Positions 34,747-48,757 of a stretch of 64,000 bases of DNA are shown in pieces; positions within the stretch are counted from its first letter, which is position 1; every line of letters starts with the position of its first letter. The position numbers and the translations under genes were made by a program. The notes under the pieces were generated by a model, which was given only the letters and a program-made list of their open reading frames with translations, searched no databases and had not been told where the DNA came from. This DNA comes from Amphiscolops sp. MND2022 (lineage: Eukaryota): NCBI GenBank assembly GCA_964187785.1, contig OZ076409.1:11348001-11412000 (forward strand). Direction: 5' to 3'.

Positions 34747-35263
34747 CAATCTGACGAAAATCTGACAGGACGTCCTAAATAACAGCTTCTGTAAACATTA
34801 AAGCAAGTTTTATCGTGCCTCGTCAGTAATTTACCTAGTAAATGTCAAATAACTTTCAAATGGAAAGGTCTTGCATGAAAGGTCTTTCTAGCCATTGGTT
34901 GATTTTGTTTCTAAATATTCATAATCGTATATTGTTCATTGGCCTGCCAAACGCATCAATCTGACTCTTTTTCATATTCATTTTGCTTCAATTTGTCACG
35001 GATTTAGCCGATATTCTGTTGAAATAAATTATTTACTTCATTGGTTTTCAGCCAATTTTAGACACCGAATTCTAAAGTTTTACAAGACCGGAAAAATAGA
35101 AGAATGAACTAACGACAAAGCCCTGTGAAACGGGGTCTCTATTTCATAATAGCGCAGACACCAGATTTCTCGAACGTTCAATTACTTGAACAAAGATGAG
35201 GGGTGAGCATGACTTGGCTTCAGACGTTTTTCCCGTTTTGCAATACACTGAGACGTAATTCAA

Positions 35264-35350
35264 TATGAACAGTCTTCTTAATGAAACTCGAGAGCAGAAA
35301 TTGAAACAACCCGATAGGACCATGTTTCTTAACCACCCCCCCCCCCCCTT

Positions 35351-35392
<42 letters not shown>

Positions 35393-36565
35393 TATAACTT
35401 GTTTCTTATATCCTCAACACGAAGACCACTTTTTCTTCTTGGAAAAAGTTTTGCGCGCATGAAAAAATATACCTTGATTTTCCTTTATTTTTGAAATAGG
35501 AACATTTCAAGCATGAAAGAAACTGAAATCGTCTATAAATGCCAACATTTCAACGCCTAGGTATACGCTATGAAACGAATTCAACCTTTTAAACAGTGAA
35601 TCAATTTAATAGGTAGTGTTATGTCGACATCAAATATTTTATTAGAGTGAACTTACATCGCAAGCGATGTCGCCGTAAAGGTATTTGAACCTTGTTCTTT
35701 ATTCCCACCTGCAGTCGCTTGGGGGATGAAAAACATGGTCCACCGAATATAATAAAATGATAGTCTTGATTGAGCATTGACACAGGAATGAATGAAGTAA
35801 TTTAACGCAGCGACACAAACAAACATGATTTCAAGTATGGATCACAAAAAATTTTACGGAATCTTTGGCTTTAGACAATGCACCATGGTCTTGTTTTGGA
35901 AACCCTTTATTGAAAAAACCCAGCAATTAATGTTGAAAAAGCATTTGATCACGATTGCCATATGCTTAATCGTGTGATTATCAGCTCCGCAAAAGAATAT
36001 ACAGACAAGAATATTGTTATAGGGCAGAAACGACTTTGATTCATATTTTGATTAGTGATCAAAATCGATAGAATATAATTCAAAGCAGAAGTTGATTTAA
36101 TAGGTCAGTTTTTGTCTATCGAATTCGATTACAATAATTGCAAAGTAATATAGTACATTGTAAACTAATATCGTAAATTGTGCTCTTTGAAGTTGTGAAA
36201 TTGCAGAATGACAGATTGTAGAATCAAACAACTTAAAAGTTCAGCTCGCTTCGAGTCGGAGACTTTCGGAAAAGTTTGCAGTGAATTAGAAATTTATGAA
36301 CTTCGAACTGCCGATTATTACAATTTACTTCGCAGTTCAAAAATGCTGATTCGTCTGATTCACTTGACTTTTCCATATTCTCCGATTCAACAGAAAGTTG
36401 AAAAATCTGTAATTTGAAAACCTTCATTTTTCTAGTTTTCTTATATAAAAAAAACTAGAAAAATGAAGGTTTTCAGATATCTTTGAAAAATGAAAAAATT
36501 TAGTTTTAGAATAACTTCTTTTTACTATTTTTTCAATTAGTTTCTACTGAAAACATCTAGATTGC
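35264..36565 (+). repeat. Repeat block A, second copy, with expanded (CT)n at ~35355-35391
   Basis: Direct match to 33499-34746 with indels. Confidence 0.92.
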
Positions 36566-37177
36566 TGGATAATACTTTCTTTCCGGCTTTGTGGTTAACG
36601 CGGGTGTCCGTGCGTAGTGACAGGGGCTTAGAAACCGTTGAATTTGGGTTCGAGCCCGGCACTGAAAAAGTTTTTTTATTTACGAAGGTAGAAGAGACCA
36701 AACGGTTGCGCTTTATATATACTTCCGTCTACTTTTCGGGAGTATTTTTCAACTTTCTCCCGAAAGCTGAAGTGCATTCAGCGATGCCGAAGAGACACCT
36801 TTTGGTTCTTTTTTCATATTTTTATTCATTCTAAAAACCTGAACGATACCCTTGAGAAAAACGTGTCTTTCAGAAGTGTATCCTTGCAAATTTTGTGATG
36901 TTTTCAATTGGAAAACAAACCCTTTTCAAAGAGTCCTCCCTATTAAAAAGTCCTACCTCTGGGCTTTTTAACGCTTTTCATGATTTTTTTCTGAAAGTCT
37001 TTGGCACCAAGTAGAACAACGGGGCGGGGACACGCATCAACCCAGTGTCGAATTTCTGTGTCTTTCCTGTTTTTTCTTCAACAGAAACACAAACGGAATT
37101 GTTTTCGGTTGAAACAGCCTTTTCTATAAAACTTGTGCTGGTTTCAATTTGTTGACTTTTTATCCGAAGCGCGTTAA

Positions 37178-38217
37178 CCCTAAATGGACCAGAAAATTTT
37201 CGGATTCATCCAAAAATCTGGTGCTTGAACTTTAAACATCAGTATCTCCTAAATTATTCAAGTCCGACAAACGATTTGTAATAGCGCGTGCAAAAGAAGA
37301 CAATCAGGGCTATTAATTTGATTTTTGAACTGCTTCGCCGCACTGGCTCCAAACTTTGCGCCAAAACATTGCACGCCTCGTGTTTCTGACTGCATTTCAA
37401 AACATGCTATGGCCACTACGACTCAATCTTCATACCAGTGGGATAAAGTGGCCGTGAACGAAAACTGAAAAAAACGGAAAATCTGCGCTATTTTTTTCTA
37501 TTTTTTGGTCCGTTTTCTTGATTTTAGAGACAACGCTTCAATATTCCGTGAAAAGGCTTGCAAGCCCTGGTTGGAACTGCTTGAACTTTTCACATGTTTT
37601 TGTAGGTTACCAAGCTAATTTTTCATGATTTTATAAGATTCTCAAAGAATCGTCCCTGCAATAAAACTTCACTGATTCGATTTAATTTTATCAAGCTGCC
37701 TATAAAATGCATCCTGAATTTGACGGCAATTATGCGCCGCAAAGTTTTGCAGGTTTCGTTAAGACGCCGTTCTTATTTTGAAAGCAGCTGAGACCGTCAT
37801 CAATGTTACCGCGCTTTCAATGCAAATATACTTCTGTCTCATAATAAGTTTCAAAGTAGCGTCATATTCAGCGTGCTATTTGACTAACGGTGATTACATA
37901 AGGTACTTACTTGAGAAACTTAAGCGTGAAAACAAAGTTATCGGGGTGGTGAAAAAAAAACAGAAATATTTTCAGTTTTAATGTTCAAAATGTTTCCACG
38001 CAGGCTTCCGGAATTTTCCATGTTTTGTAAAAAGAATTAGCCTGCATGTTTCCATGCAGCATGAAAAAGTTCAAGCAATCTCGACTAGGGATGCTATGTA
38101 ATATCGTCTGAAAATCTTATTAAAGAGTTTTCTTTACCATACGGTCACTGACAGTGGTTCGTTCAGAAGTTTGCAGAAAGTAACTGGGACAAATACGTCC
38201 CAATGGTCCATTTAGGG
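37178..38217. mobile_element. piggyBac-like non-autonomous element
   Basis: TTAA-CCCTAAATGGACCA ... TGGTCCATTTAGGG-TTAA: 14-bp perfect TIR with TTAA TSD. Confidence 0.88.
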
Positions 38218-39812
38218 TTAAATTAAATCCTGAATCCGCCCTAGGTCTGGCCAGAAAGGGGGCCTGTTTCGACTCTGACGAGGTCAGGTGTTTGTATGTT
38301 TTCAACTTAAACAAAACAACAAAACTATCACTCATTTCTGATACAACGCGAATAACGTTGCAAATGCGTTTTATCTGAAATAGCAACCTTTGTACTGATA
38401 TAGACTGGGAGTTGTCAAGATGAAGGCAACAAAAATGCGATTTGCCGAGTTTTCATTCGCAACCGCTAAATGCTTATTTGCACCAACTAGTTGTCAGATC
38501 TGTAGCAATTTTTTCATTCGAAAGATTTATTTGCCAAGCATTCGACGGTAGAAGATGTCTGGTTTTTGTCCAAAAGAGTGTTATCACTTTGCACAAACAG
38601 ATCGTGGGCCAGAAAAAAAGTGACTATACTAGTATGGCGGTTTTAGTCCTAGCTGGACGCGCAGACTATAACTGTGTGCGCAGAAATGAAAGAAATGGTA
38701 ATGGTTATAAATCTCTCAGTTTCTCAGGAGCGATTTTGTTTGGCGATTGGACCAAAAAAAATCACACTAACTTTCTGAAACTACTTTACTAAAGTGGTAA
38801 AAGTCACACCTGGAAAGAAGCCTCAATTGTATAAGGGAGTCCATAATTAACGCAACTTTTCTCCGATATAAAATTTAATTAGCAACTTCCAACTTTCATC
38901 CAATCTAATTTTTTTCGACACACTAATGTTTTTTCGCAATGTCGTTATAATGACATTTGCACCGAATTCTGTTCATCCCAGTTGCAGCTATGTGGAAACA
39001 CTAAATTTTGTCCGGAAAATTGAGGGTCTCATTTTCATTTCCACCCTGATTTTCGAACGGTTCATATGTGAAAAGAACGGTAAACTTTGATAGTCTTATG
39101 ATACTCTAAAAATACTACAAACTTGAGTTTTCTCAACAGAGTTAAAGGATTTAAAAATTGATTTCGTACCAAGTTCGTCCATGGAGAAATTTCAAGTTTT
39201 CAAAACTGAAAAATAATGAAAAAAGTATTTTCACGGTTTTTACTTTAATTTGAACTTTTCATGCAAGTTTTGTACACTCTCTGGACGTTTTCGTGAATAT
39301 GAACAACAACATAGTTTACATAGTTCAATGATGAAATAATTCCTCTGCTTATTTTTTTTCGGATAAAACTGAAAGTTTTTAGAAGTGCCGGAAGAGAGAC
39401 AAAAAGGTTGAAATTTTAGGTAGAATAGGTAGAATCCTAATTTGCTAATTTTTTTATACATTTTTCATCATTGAATATGAGGAAGTTGACGCTTTTCACT
39501 GTATATCAACTTATTGACTCAATTTTTCTCATTTGATTTCTACAAAAAAATTTAAAACCCAAATTCTTCCAAAATTAAATTCTTCTATTGCAACTAAAAT
39601 ATATATCTCCATGTTTTGGCGTGGTGTGCTGAAGCAATGTTTTACTCACAGTTAACAGCAAGTTATTATGCAATTGAAAAAGCACAGATACATCAAAAAA
39701 CTAACTACTAAAACATTTTATACCAAAAACAACATCATTAATGCTAATCAAATCAATTAATTTGGGTCAGTCAAATTGTGTTAAGGATCAATCACTAAAT
39801 TCTGTTCAATGT

Positions 39813-40733
39813 TCATTTCTTCAACTTCAGGGAATAGTTTTTTCCTCCATTGTTGTCCCAAAATTCCCCATAAGCACTCGTGAACTTGACACAAAAGTTG
39901 ACCTCGCTGCTGGAAATCTCGGACGCCTTGCAGTGAATTTCGAATCGAAATTGGTCGTATATTTGAAGCACGTTGTTTTCTGGGAAATGAGCCGAAGTGA
40001 CGTCACGGAAACTGTTCCAATTATCGGTAGTGTATCTCACCGTAACTTCTTTCTGTGCGCCCAAATTCACAACAGCAACCATCCCAACTATCATGGTGCC
40101 ATACGTCTTTATATTGGCCACCACAACCTTTTGCAGGTCCAGTTTGGGCTGTCTTCTGTTCAGTTCTACCCTGGGCAGGTAAACTGGGATGAAACTTCGC
40201 ATTCCACGAAGTGACGTAATAAGTATTTCACGCTCGTTTTCGTGATCGTAATCTTCGTAATCCGATGACTCATTACCACCTAGTTCGTCCAGGTTTTCAA
40301 TCGTCTTGACGAGTTCCAAGTTCTTGCCACAGTCGTCGGCAAAAACGACTCGCTTCTTTTTCAAACACTTCGGGTCCGACTTTCCAGCTTTGAGTGAATC
40401 AGTCGAAGAGCGTGATCGTTTGAGAGATCTTTTGCAGCAAACTTTTGCCCGTCTTTTGCTTTTGGGTGTTGCAGGTTCGCACAATTTCGAGTCATTTTTG
40501 ATCGAATTTGACCTCAAGGTCAAAGATTCAGCAGGTTCCGCGTGTAGTTTCGTCAGCTCCACGACTAGTTGAAGGGGAATTGTGCTGAGTAATTTTGGAC
40601 CAATAAATTCATTAGACGGGCATCGTTTGCGGAATAAAAGCGATTCGAAAGACGTGGTTGCGTGAAGAACGTCTGAAAGTGACATATCTTTGTCGCGCTG
40701 GGACGTTTTTTTGTGCTTCTTGTTTTCGTCTGT
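39813..40733 (-). CDS. PPP1R3: Last coding exon of glycogen-targeting protein phosphatase 1 regulatory subunit (PPP1R3 family, CBM21)
   Basis: KKKRVVFAD (RVxF), VVNLGAQKEVTVRYTTDNW and FWDNNGGKNY motifs. Phase-0 acceptor TTTTGCTTTATTTCAG ends at 40734. Confidence 0.92.
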   Translation of the reverse strand, partial: TDENKKHKKTSQRDKDMSLSDVLHATTSFESLLFRKRCPSNEFIGPKLLSTIPLQLVVELTKLHAEPAESLTLRSNSIKNDSKLCEPATPKSKRRAKVCCKRSLKRSRSSTDSLKAGKSDPKCLKKKRVVFADDCGKNLELVKTIENLDELGGNESSDYEDYDHENEREILITSLRGMRSFIPVYLPRVELNRRQPKLDLQKVVVANIKTYGTMIVGMVAVVNLGAQKEVTVRYTTDNWNSFRDVTSAHFPENNVLQIYDQFRFEIHCKASEISSSEVNFCVKFTSAYGEFWDNNGGKNYSLKLKK

Positions 40734-40984
40734 CTGAAATAAAGCAAAAGTACAATCAACATATTGATAGCTTGAAATAAATAGCTTGCATATTGCAATA
40801 AAAAAACTCAATTGTTTTTGTACGTTTGTTGCTTATAAACGTTAGCACCGACGCTCCATTTTAAGATCTAAGTTCTATGTAGGTTTGGAATGAACTCCGA
40901 GTAAAAGTTGAATATTTAACTCGGATTTTATAATTTTTTCAGTAAGAAACATTTATCTTTTTGTACGTTTCTTTTCACTGCAAA

Positions 40985-42249
40985 CAGTGATGTGAAGAAA
41001 GAATGCAACCTAGAAATTTTGATGAGCTTTGCAAAACCTTGATTAACTGAAAAAAGAATAGGATCTTAGGCAAAACAAACATATTTTGAGAAAGGTCATT
41101 TCAAGGGCTTTTAGTTGATTCATTTATTTACCTAAAACATTGCTTCAAACAAGCAAAAAGTTGCGTCTACAAATAATAAAACTAAACTTGCAAAATCTTT
41201 CTGTTTGTCAAGTTTCCAAAATAACCAACGTACATAAATCAGCTGTTTCCTGAATTATCAATGACCGATGACATGTTAATTACAAAAAAAGTCTAGGTCG
41301 TCCGAAAAAAGCCAACCAAAGAATGGAAAGAATTGTATATAGTTCGAGCTTCAAAAAAGACCCTTTTATAAGCGCTTCCCAAATAAACAATTCTCAACAA
41401 ATCGACTTATGTAGCAGTTATATCAGGAAGATATTGAATGAGTATGGCCCTCGAGTGCGAAAAATTGCAAAGATTTGCAATTGCAAAAAATTGCAAAAAT
41501 TGCAATAAACCCTCAGTTTCTGAGCCAAATCGACAAAAACGTGGGCGAAGAAAAGATGGTAAAAAACGCCTATTTCTGAAAAACAGTCGTTTTTTGGACG
41601 AGACTATGCTTGAACTGAAAGAAAGGAAGGATTTTGTGAGAAGGACCAGAAAAATCCATTCAGATAGCCGCTTTTTCGAGAATGTATAGCCGCTTCTTTT
41701 AGGGGGTTTGGGGATGTTTTCGATCAAAAGGCGATAGATTGCTGATAACTCCAAAAACAAGGCGGATTCAGATGAATACACCAAAATTGTCAAAGATCAT
41801 GTTATAGACTTCCCTTATATGCATGAACAGTTCCAACAACACAACGCCCCAGCTCACACATCAATAAAAAACCAAAACAAAAATAAGGAAAATGTGTTCA
41901 TTTTACTGGAAAATTGGCCTGCAAAGTCCCATGATCTTAACATTATCGAAAATGTGTGAAGTGTCCTGAACAAAAACATCTGTAAAAGACATCCGGAGAA
42001 CCTAGAAGAACTTTGAAATTATTTCCAAGAAGAATTATTTCCAGTTGAGTACATAGTAAAACTTTACAACTCAAGTTCTCGACGATTACAGCTAGTTGTT
42101 GCAAAAAACGGTTATCCGACGAAATATTAGACTTTTTTCTACGTAATGGTATGTTTTGTATCTTCTTTGGATACGTTTTGATATATATTTGATTTGATTT
42201 CATATCAATAAAATTTTGTACGAAGTCGCAATCTTTCTTCTCACCACTG
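40985..42249 (+). mobile_element. Decayed Tc1/mariner transposon
   Basis: TIRs CAGTGATGTGAAGAAAGAATGC / GCAATCTTTCTTCTCACCACTG followed by TA. Transposase remnants GRPKK, DETMLE, QQHNAPAH, WPAKSHDLNIIEN. Confidence 0.88.
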
Positions 42250-42978
42250 TATGCAATTATGTTTAGATTGAAACCACAAGAAGTTACTAGAAATCATGTT
42301 TCAAAAAGATTCCATAAAAATTGTAGAAAATGTACATTCCTAAAAGGGCGTGAAAAACCATACAGTTGGTGATGATTGGGAAACAAACACGAAAATATCT
42401 GCTCATTTCTAAACTGACTCAAAATCAACTCTTGATTGATAAGAATATAAAAAACTAGAAGTTGATTCACTCAAGACTTTCATTCGGTGTAAAATCGATT
42501 GCAATAATTCATGTTTTTTTACTTCAAAACCGACAATCTGGCAGCCGTGATATTGTAATTTTAGTGATAAAATTCTAAATCGATCTCAATCGTAGCAATT
42601 GAATTCGATCATCCAGAAATAACTTCTATTAAAATTAATTTCATTTTTTTCGATATCGGGCAAAATTCTTGAAAGCAATGAAGACTGGTGTCAATTGTAC
42701 ATGGATTATATTATTTGAAAACTTGCGGAAATCAATTTCAGGATAAAATTATTACCAAGTGAAAATAATTTATCGGATCCAAAAGTACATAGATTCCTTC
42801 AACAGAGACCGCTGATTAGAGAAAGTTATAACAGGCATATAAAGTTATACTTATAATTTTCTTAAAACTTATAAATACTCTCAGCTCCAAACCGTGTGAA
42901 CATTTTGGTTTGAACTGAATATATTCTGACCTTAGATTAGTTTGAAAAACAAATCCTTCAGTCAGTACTAAGCTGTAT

Positions 42979-44976
42979 TCGCTTAGTAAACGGTACAATG
43001 CAGAACTTGCAAAAAATGGTCATTACGAAATTATGTGCAGGTCATTAAAAAGAGTCCAATACGTGGAAAGAGCAACCTCATCAGCAGAAGAGGACAACTG
43101 GGACTACGAGAAAATTCAGAACATTCACAGCAAAAAGCACAAAAAGAGATTTTACCACGCAACACTATTGGCCGAAAAGTTATCAATCAAATTCGTTGTA
43201 GATAGTGGATCACCGGTAACACTATTTCCCGAGTGCTTGTTAAACGCAATAACCAATTTAAAACCACTTGAAACCACCTAAAAAGATGTGAACTACCAAA
43301 AGATCGAAATTAGCGGACAAACAAAAGCAATTGTTGGAATGAATAATAAAACACTCAAGTTGCCGCTATTGATGACGTCCCTGCAATTAATAACATGATT
43401 CCCCTATATACAAATCGGACAAGCGAGCCACATACAGAACACAGGAGACACAGCCAGACAGAAGGAACAAGAGTTCACTACGACCGAAACTATTGCATCC
43501 GAAACAACCGCTTATGAGAAATGATTAAAAACACTGAACTGTTTGAAGAGGAACCCAATCGACCAAATACCCGAGGAATACAAATCATTCCAGAAGTATC
43601 TCTCAACCCGATTAGGAATAGTTTTCTACGACGATCGCATTATTTTACCCCGAACTTTAGGACGAACGATCATAATGCTGCTACTCAAAGGACATGCGGT
43701 CATAAACAAAATGACGTCAGCAGCCAAACCGTTTTGGTGTCCAAAACTACAATTTTAATGCTTTTAACGTTATAGCAGGTGGCTGCGTGCATATGCGAAA
43801 CACCATAGGAAAAACAGCAAACTTTTTTTGGAACGATACATTACAATAAACAGTTTGCCAAAAACGATCAGATCGGATAAAGGTACGGACTTTACCGGAA
43901 AGAATTTAGTGATTTATGTAAATCCGTAAACATAAAATTAATATAGGAACACCGGAAATTCAGGGAATTCACACACCAACCGGGTTAGCAGAAAAAGGAA
44001 GAAAAACCACCAGAAACTTCTTCCGAGCGAACCTCGAAGAAGGCAAATTCTTGAACGAAGCATTAAACCGTTCACTGAATACAGAGAGGACAACGGTCCA
44101 TTCGAACTTAAACGAGTCTCCTTCCGAACGCCCTTACGGGAGAAAACCGAGAACGGAGATACATATTTACCTGAGCATATCTCCGAATAAACAACATGTT
44201 GTTTCAGCTGAACTGGGGACCATACAAATTTATAGATTTTACAACGGGAGTGGAAAACATGACCAGCTGGTGATGAAAACGGACAGAAAGTTGAAAGAAG
44301 ACGTTAGTAACAACTTTCCATACCAGTGTCTAGAACAGAAACGAAATCGAGAGAAATTCGAATGTAAATACGACAAAAAAAACACAAACGTTGATAGCTG
44401 GTACCAAACATACAGCAACAACAAACGGAAAAAAATAATACATTGGAAAAGAATCAGCAAACCATTGAAAATGAATTTTTAAAACCCACTATCGAAGAAG
44501 GGGGAAACGCCAGAGGCCCTGACGAAAAATTTGATGACGACCATAGAAGAAAACATCACACCGCTGAGCATATCGAACGAAGCAGCACTCCAGTGCTACA
44601 AGAAACAATTTTAAAATCAACTATCTATGTGGAAACCACTTCAGCAAGTCGCGGCTTCGGAAGAGGGAGAACAAAATTGATCCGCGACAGGAAAATCAAG
44701 AGCCCAGGAAACAACAACCTGAGGTTCTACGTTGAAAACATGACACAACAACAACTGCGCGAGGCAAGGCACGCAGCAGAAGTAAACCCAACAGTGATCA
44801 CAAGCTTCGATAAAAACGTTAATACTGTTTCCATAAAAACAGAAACTTTAGACAACATGAAGTTGAACGAAAGGAACAACCAAACCGAAACAAATATACG
44901 AGAGTCGTTTAGACTAAGCTCCACAAAGCCTATAATCTGGTACGGAATCCCGATCACATTTCGACTATTACAGCTT
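42979..44976 (+). pseudogene. Internally deleted Gypsy fragment (zinc knuckle, protease, integrase pieces)
   Basis: CRTCKKNGHYEIMC, FVVDSGSPVTL, GHAVINKM, IRSDKG, YGRKPRTE. RT/RNase H and LTRs are absent. Similar in style to element 1. Confidence 0.8.
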
Positions 44977-46581
44977 AGATATTGAATGAGTATGGCCCTC
45001 GAGTGCGAAAAATTGCAAAGATTTGCAATTGCAAAAAATTGCAAAAATTGCAATAAACCCTCAATTTCTGAGCCAAATCGACAAAAACGTGGGCGAAGAA
45101 AAGATGGTAAAAAACGCCTATTTCTGAAAAACAGTCGTTTTTTCGGACGAGACTATGCTTGAACTGAAAGAAAGGAAGGATTTTGTGAGAAGGACCAGAA
45201 AAATCCATTCAGATAGCCGCTTTTTCGAGAATGTATAGCCGCTTCTTTTAGGGGGTTTGGGGATGTTTTCGATCAAAAGGCGATAGATTGCTGATAACTC
45301 CAAAAACAAGGCGGATTCAGATGAATACACCAAAATTGTCAAAGATCATGTTATAGACTTCCCTTATATGCATGAACAGTTCCAACAACACAACGCCCCA
45401 GCTCACACATCAATAAAAAACCAAAACAAAAATAAGGAAAATGTGTTCATTTTACTGGAAAATTGGCCTGCAAAGTCCCATGATCTTAACATTATCGAAA
45501 ATGTGTGAAGTGTCCTGAACAAAAACATCTGTAAAAGACATCCGGAGAACCTAGAAGAACTTTGAAATTATTTCCAAGAAGAATTATTTCCAGTTGAGTA
45601 CATAGTAAAACTTTACAACTCAAGTTCTCGACGATTACAGCTAGTTGTTGCAAAAAACGGTTATCCGACGAAATATTAGACTTTTTTCTACGTAATGGTA
45701 TGTTTTGTATCTTCTTTGGATACGTTTTGATATATATTTGATTTGATTTCATATCAATAAAATTTTGTACGAAGTCGCAATCTTTCTTCTCACCACTGTA
45801 TGCAATTATGTTTAGATTGAAACCACAAGAAGTTATTAGAAATCATGTTTCAAAAAGATTCCATAAAAATTGTAGAAAATGTACATTCCTAAAAGGGCGT
45901 GAAAAACCATACAGTTGGTGATGATCGGGAAACAAACACGAAAATATCTGCTCATTTCTAAACTGACTCAAAATCAACTCTTGATTGATAAGAATATAAA
46001 AAACTAGAAGTTGATTCACTCAAGACTTTCATTCGGTGTAAAATCGATTGCAATAATTCATGTTTTTTTACTTCAAAATATAAATATGTTAGCCGTGATA
46101 TTGTAAGTAATGTTATATACAGTATACAGTATTATATACTTCTAAACTTGTTAGTATTGTAATTTTAGTGATAAATTTCTAAATCGATCTCAATCGTAGC
46201 AATTGAATTCGATCATCCAGAAATAACTTCTATTAAAATTAATTTCATTTTTTTTCGATATCGGGCGAAATTCTTGAAAGCAATGAAGTCTGGTGTCAAT
46301 TGTACATGGATTATATTATTTGAAAACTTGCGGAAATCAATTTCAGGATAAAATTATTACCAAGTGAAAATAATTTATCGGATACAAAAGTACATAGATT
46401 CCTTCAACAGAGACCGCTGATTAGAGAAAGTTATACAGGCATATAAAGTTATACTTATAATTTTCTTAAATTTATAAATTCTCTCAGCTCCAAACCGTGT
46501 GAACATTTTGGTTTGAACTGAATATATTCTGACCTTAGATTAGTTTGAAAAACAAATCCTTCAGTCAGTACTAAGCTGTAT
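44977..46581 (+). repeat. Direct duplication of 41429-42978 (3' part of Tc1 plus flank)
   Basis: Near-identical sequence; the 86-aa antisense ORF is identical in both copies. There is an extra ~55-bp insertion near 46105-46160. Confidence 0.94.
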
Positions 46582-48184
46582 ACGGATCTATAATTTTTCA
46601 ACAACAATTTTTCTCATTTAGTTTCGGTTAAGTAACTATTAACATAGTATTTTCATCATTGAGTCCAACGAAAGAGGGAAATTTTTAACCAGTCTGAATC
46701 TAAATGAGGAATTTTTGGGATATGTGACGATTCTTAAAAATGAAAAGTTATTACTCCGTCATCTTTTCTTCGCCCACGTTTTTGTCGATTTGGCTCCACT
46801 GAATTATGCATGGGGTAATAATCACTGAATCAAGCATAGTCTCGTCCGAAAAAACGACTGTTTTTCAGAAATAGGCGTTTTTTACCATCTTTTCTTCGCC
46901 CACGTTTTTGTCGATTTGGCTCCACTGAATTATGCATGGGGTATTTTAAGCTTATAAGCAGCTCTTGAACCTAACTTAGCATTCTAATGAACATTTAGTC
47001 TGTTTTAGATGTTATTTTTCCAACATGGATAATGATTATCCAGCCAATTAGCAATTTTTATTTCTATAATATGCGCCTGCAAGAAAAACTACTATTAATA
47101 GATTCTCCGAGAGATACCGACGATTAAATGAAGTCAACATGAAGAATTTTAATCAAACTTCCAAAAATTATCATAATTTAGACTGATTTAAAGCGGTTTA
47201 CAGACTAGATCTATAGACTGTGAATCCATTATTTTGAATCTAAAATGAAAACAATTTCCATTTTTATCCGATGCCGATTTGAGATGCTTTCAATCAATTG
47301 AATCCGTTGCGCTTCTGTTGCTTTCGTCGCAAAAAAGCTACTTTTGTGTACTACTTATAGATGATGATCGAATTTGAACACCGCAAAATAGGTTTTGGCA
47401 ATTGAAGAAACCCTCAATACAAAAGATTGCCAGAAAACAATCATGCGTTATCAAAATGAATAATCATGCGTGATCAATTTGATTGAAGTTACAAAAAAGT
47501 TACAGAAAAATCTTGAAACAAAACTCCAAAAGTATCTTCAAAATTAACGTGCTTAATTATGAAAAAGTAACGCGATGATACAATTCTAACATCATTTACT
47601 GTATCTATCAACTACGTTGGTTCTCTGAGAATTTTTTGCAAGTGATGAATATTTAGATGAGGGCTTAATTATAAATTCAATTCAAATATAGAGTAATCAA
47701 TGTTCATTAGACCATTTATGTTCAGACATTTTCAGTGCAGCAAAAATTTCAGCTTCATATCTGATAATTCACTGACTGAGAAAAACTCGAGGGAATTTTT
47801 TCCCATTTTTTCACGTGACTTCTGCTCAAAACTCTTGGGAGGCTAATAATGTCCCTGAATTACATGTATTTGTCTGACGGGATGCGTAGCTACCAGAAAT
47901 ATATCCCAGTGAGGTTCGTCATATTAGCGGGAATAGTATTAAAAAACGGATCTTTCAGATAAAATTTGATAAATTTAATAAAAACTGCCATTAACGGCCC
48001 CTTGTCGTTCAAAAAGACCTGAACGTCCTTTCACTAGAAATGAATTCAAGCAAATTAAGACGAGCATTTTAAGTCAGTCAAGCGTAACAAAATAACAAGC
48101 AAACTACGTACAGAAATACTGAAAGTTGATGAAAAATGTACTGAGATAATTCAAGTCGTTCGAACGTCCGTCAAAATTTTGAAT

Positions 48185-48233
48185 GGACCATGTGTGGGGT
48201 GCTGTGGGGGGTGGTAAATTGAACACATGGTCC
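48185..48233. mobile_element. Minimal 49-bp GGACCATGT-TIR MITE
   Basis: GGACCATGTGT / ACACATGGTCC; flanks TTTTGAAT / TTTTGATT. Confidence 0.75.
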
Positions 48234-48757
48234 TTTTGATTTTTTCCGTGCATGTTTTGACGCTTTTCGTCGGCATAAACGCAATGGCTACTGTTTTTAA
48301 AGTATGTTATCGGGCAATAATGCAGGGCGCAAAATACTGCTCAGTGCATGCTACGCCTGTGGGATTGAAAAAGAAAAATAACTCTTTTAGTTTTTCCTGT
48401 CGGCTGAAACCCTCCCTGTTCATTTCTGTCACGACTCGAGCAAGAAGTTAGGCGAAACTCTTCAGTTTTCAAACTGATTGACGTTGAAGCATTAGCTCCC
48501 ATGATAGGTGGTATTTGATAAAGAAGTTCTGTGAATTTTGACACAACAAAAGACCAATCGGTAAAGCGAAAGACTTGAAATTGTAAAATGGGTTCAAAAC
48601 TCACACTGGTCAAATGTTTGCTAACGTACCGACAAAATTGCTTTTTGTTCCCTTCTAAATAGAAAATGGCATTTTCTATCAGCGTTGGTGTTGTAAACAG
48701 GGCCTGTTATAAACACTTGTGTTTTTAGCTGCTTAATTTAAATGTTTTTGGTATTTT

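Noticed and set aside
36584..36665. Functional tRNA gene
   Set aside because: A B-box-like GGTTCGAGCCC is present, but I could not fold a convincing cloverleaf; probably repeat-derived.
40734..40811. N-terminus of the 332-aa ORF
   Set aside because: It has a non-ATG start and lies upstream of a strong splice acceptor, so it is intronic.
41429..46581. Direct repeats as LTRs of the enclosed Gypsy fragment
   Set aside because: No TG...CA ends, PBS, PPT or TSD; the repeat is part Tc1 and part flank.
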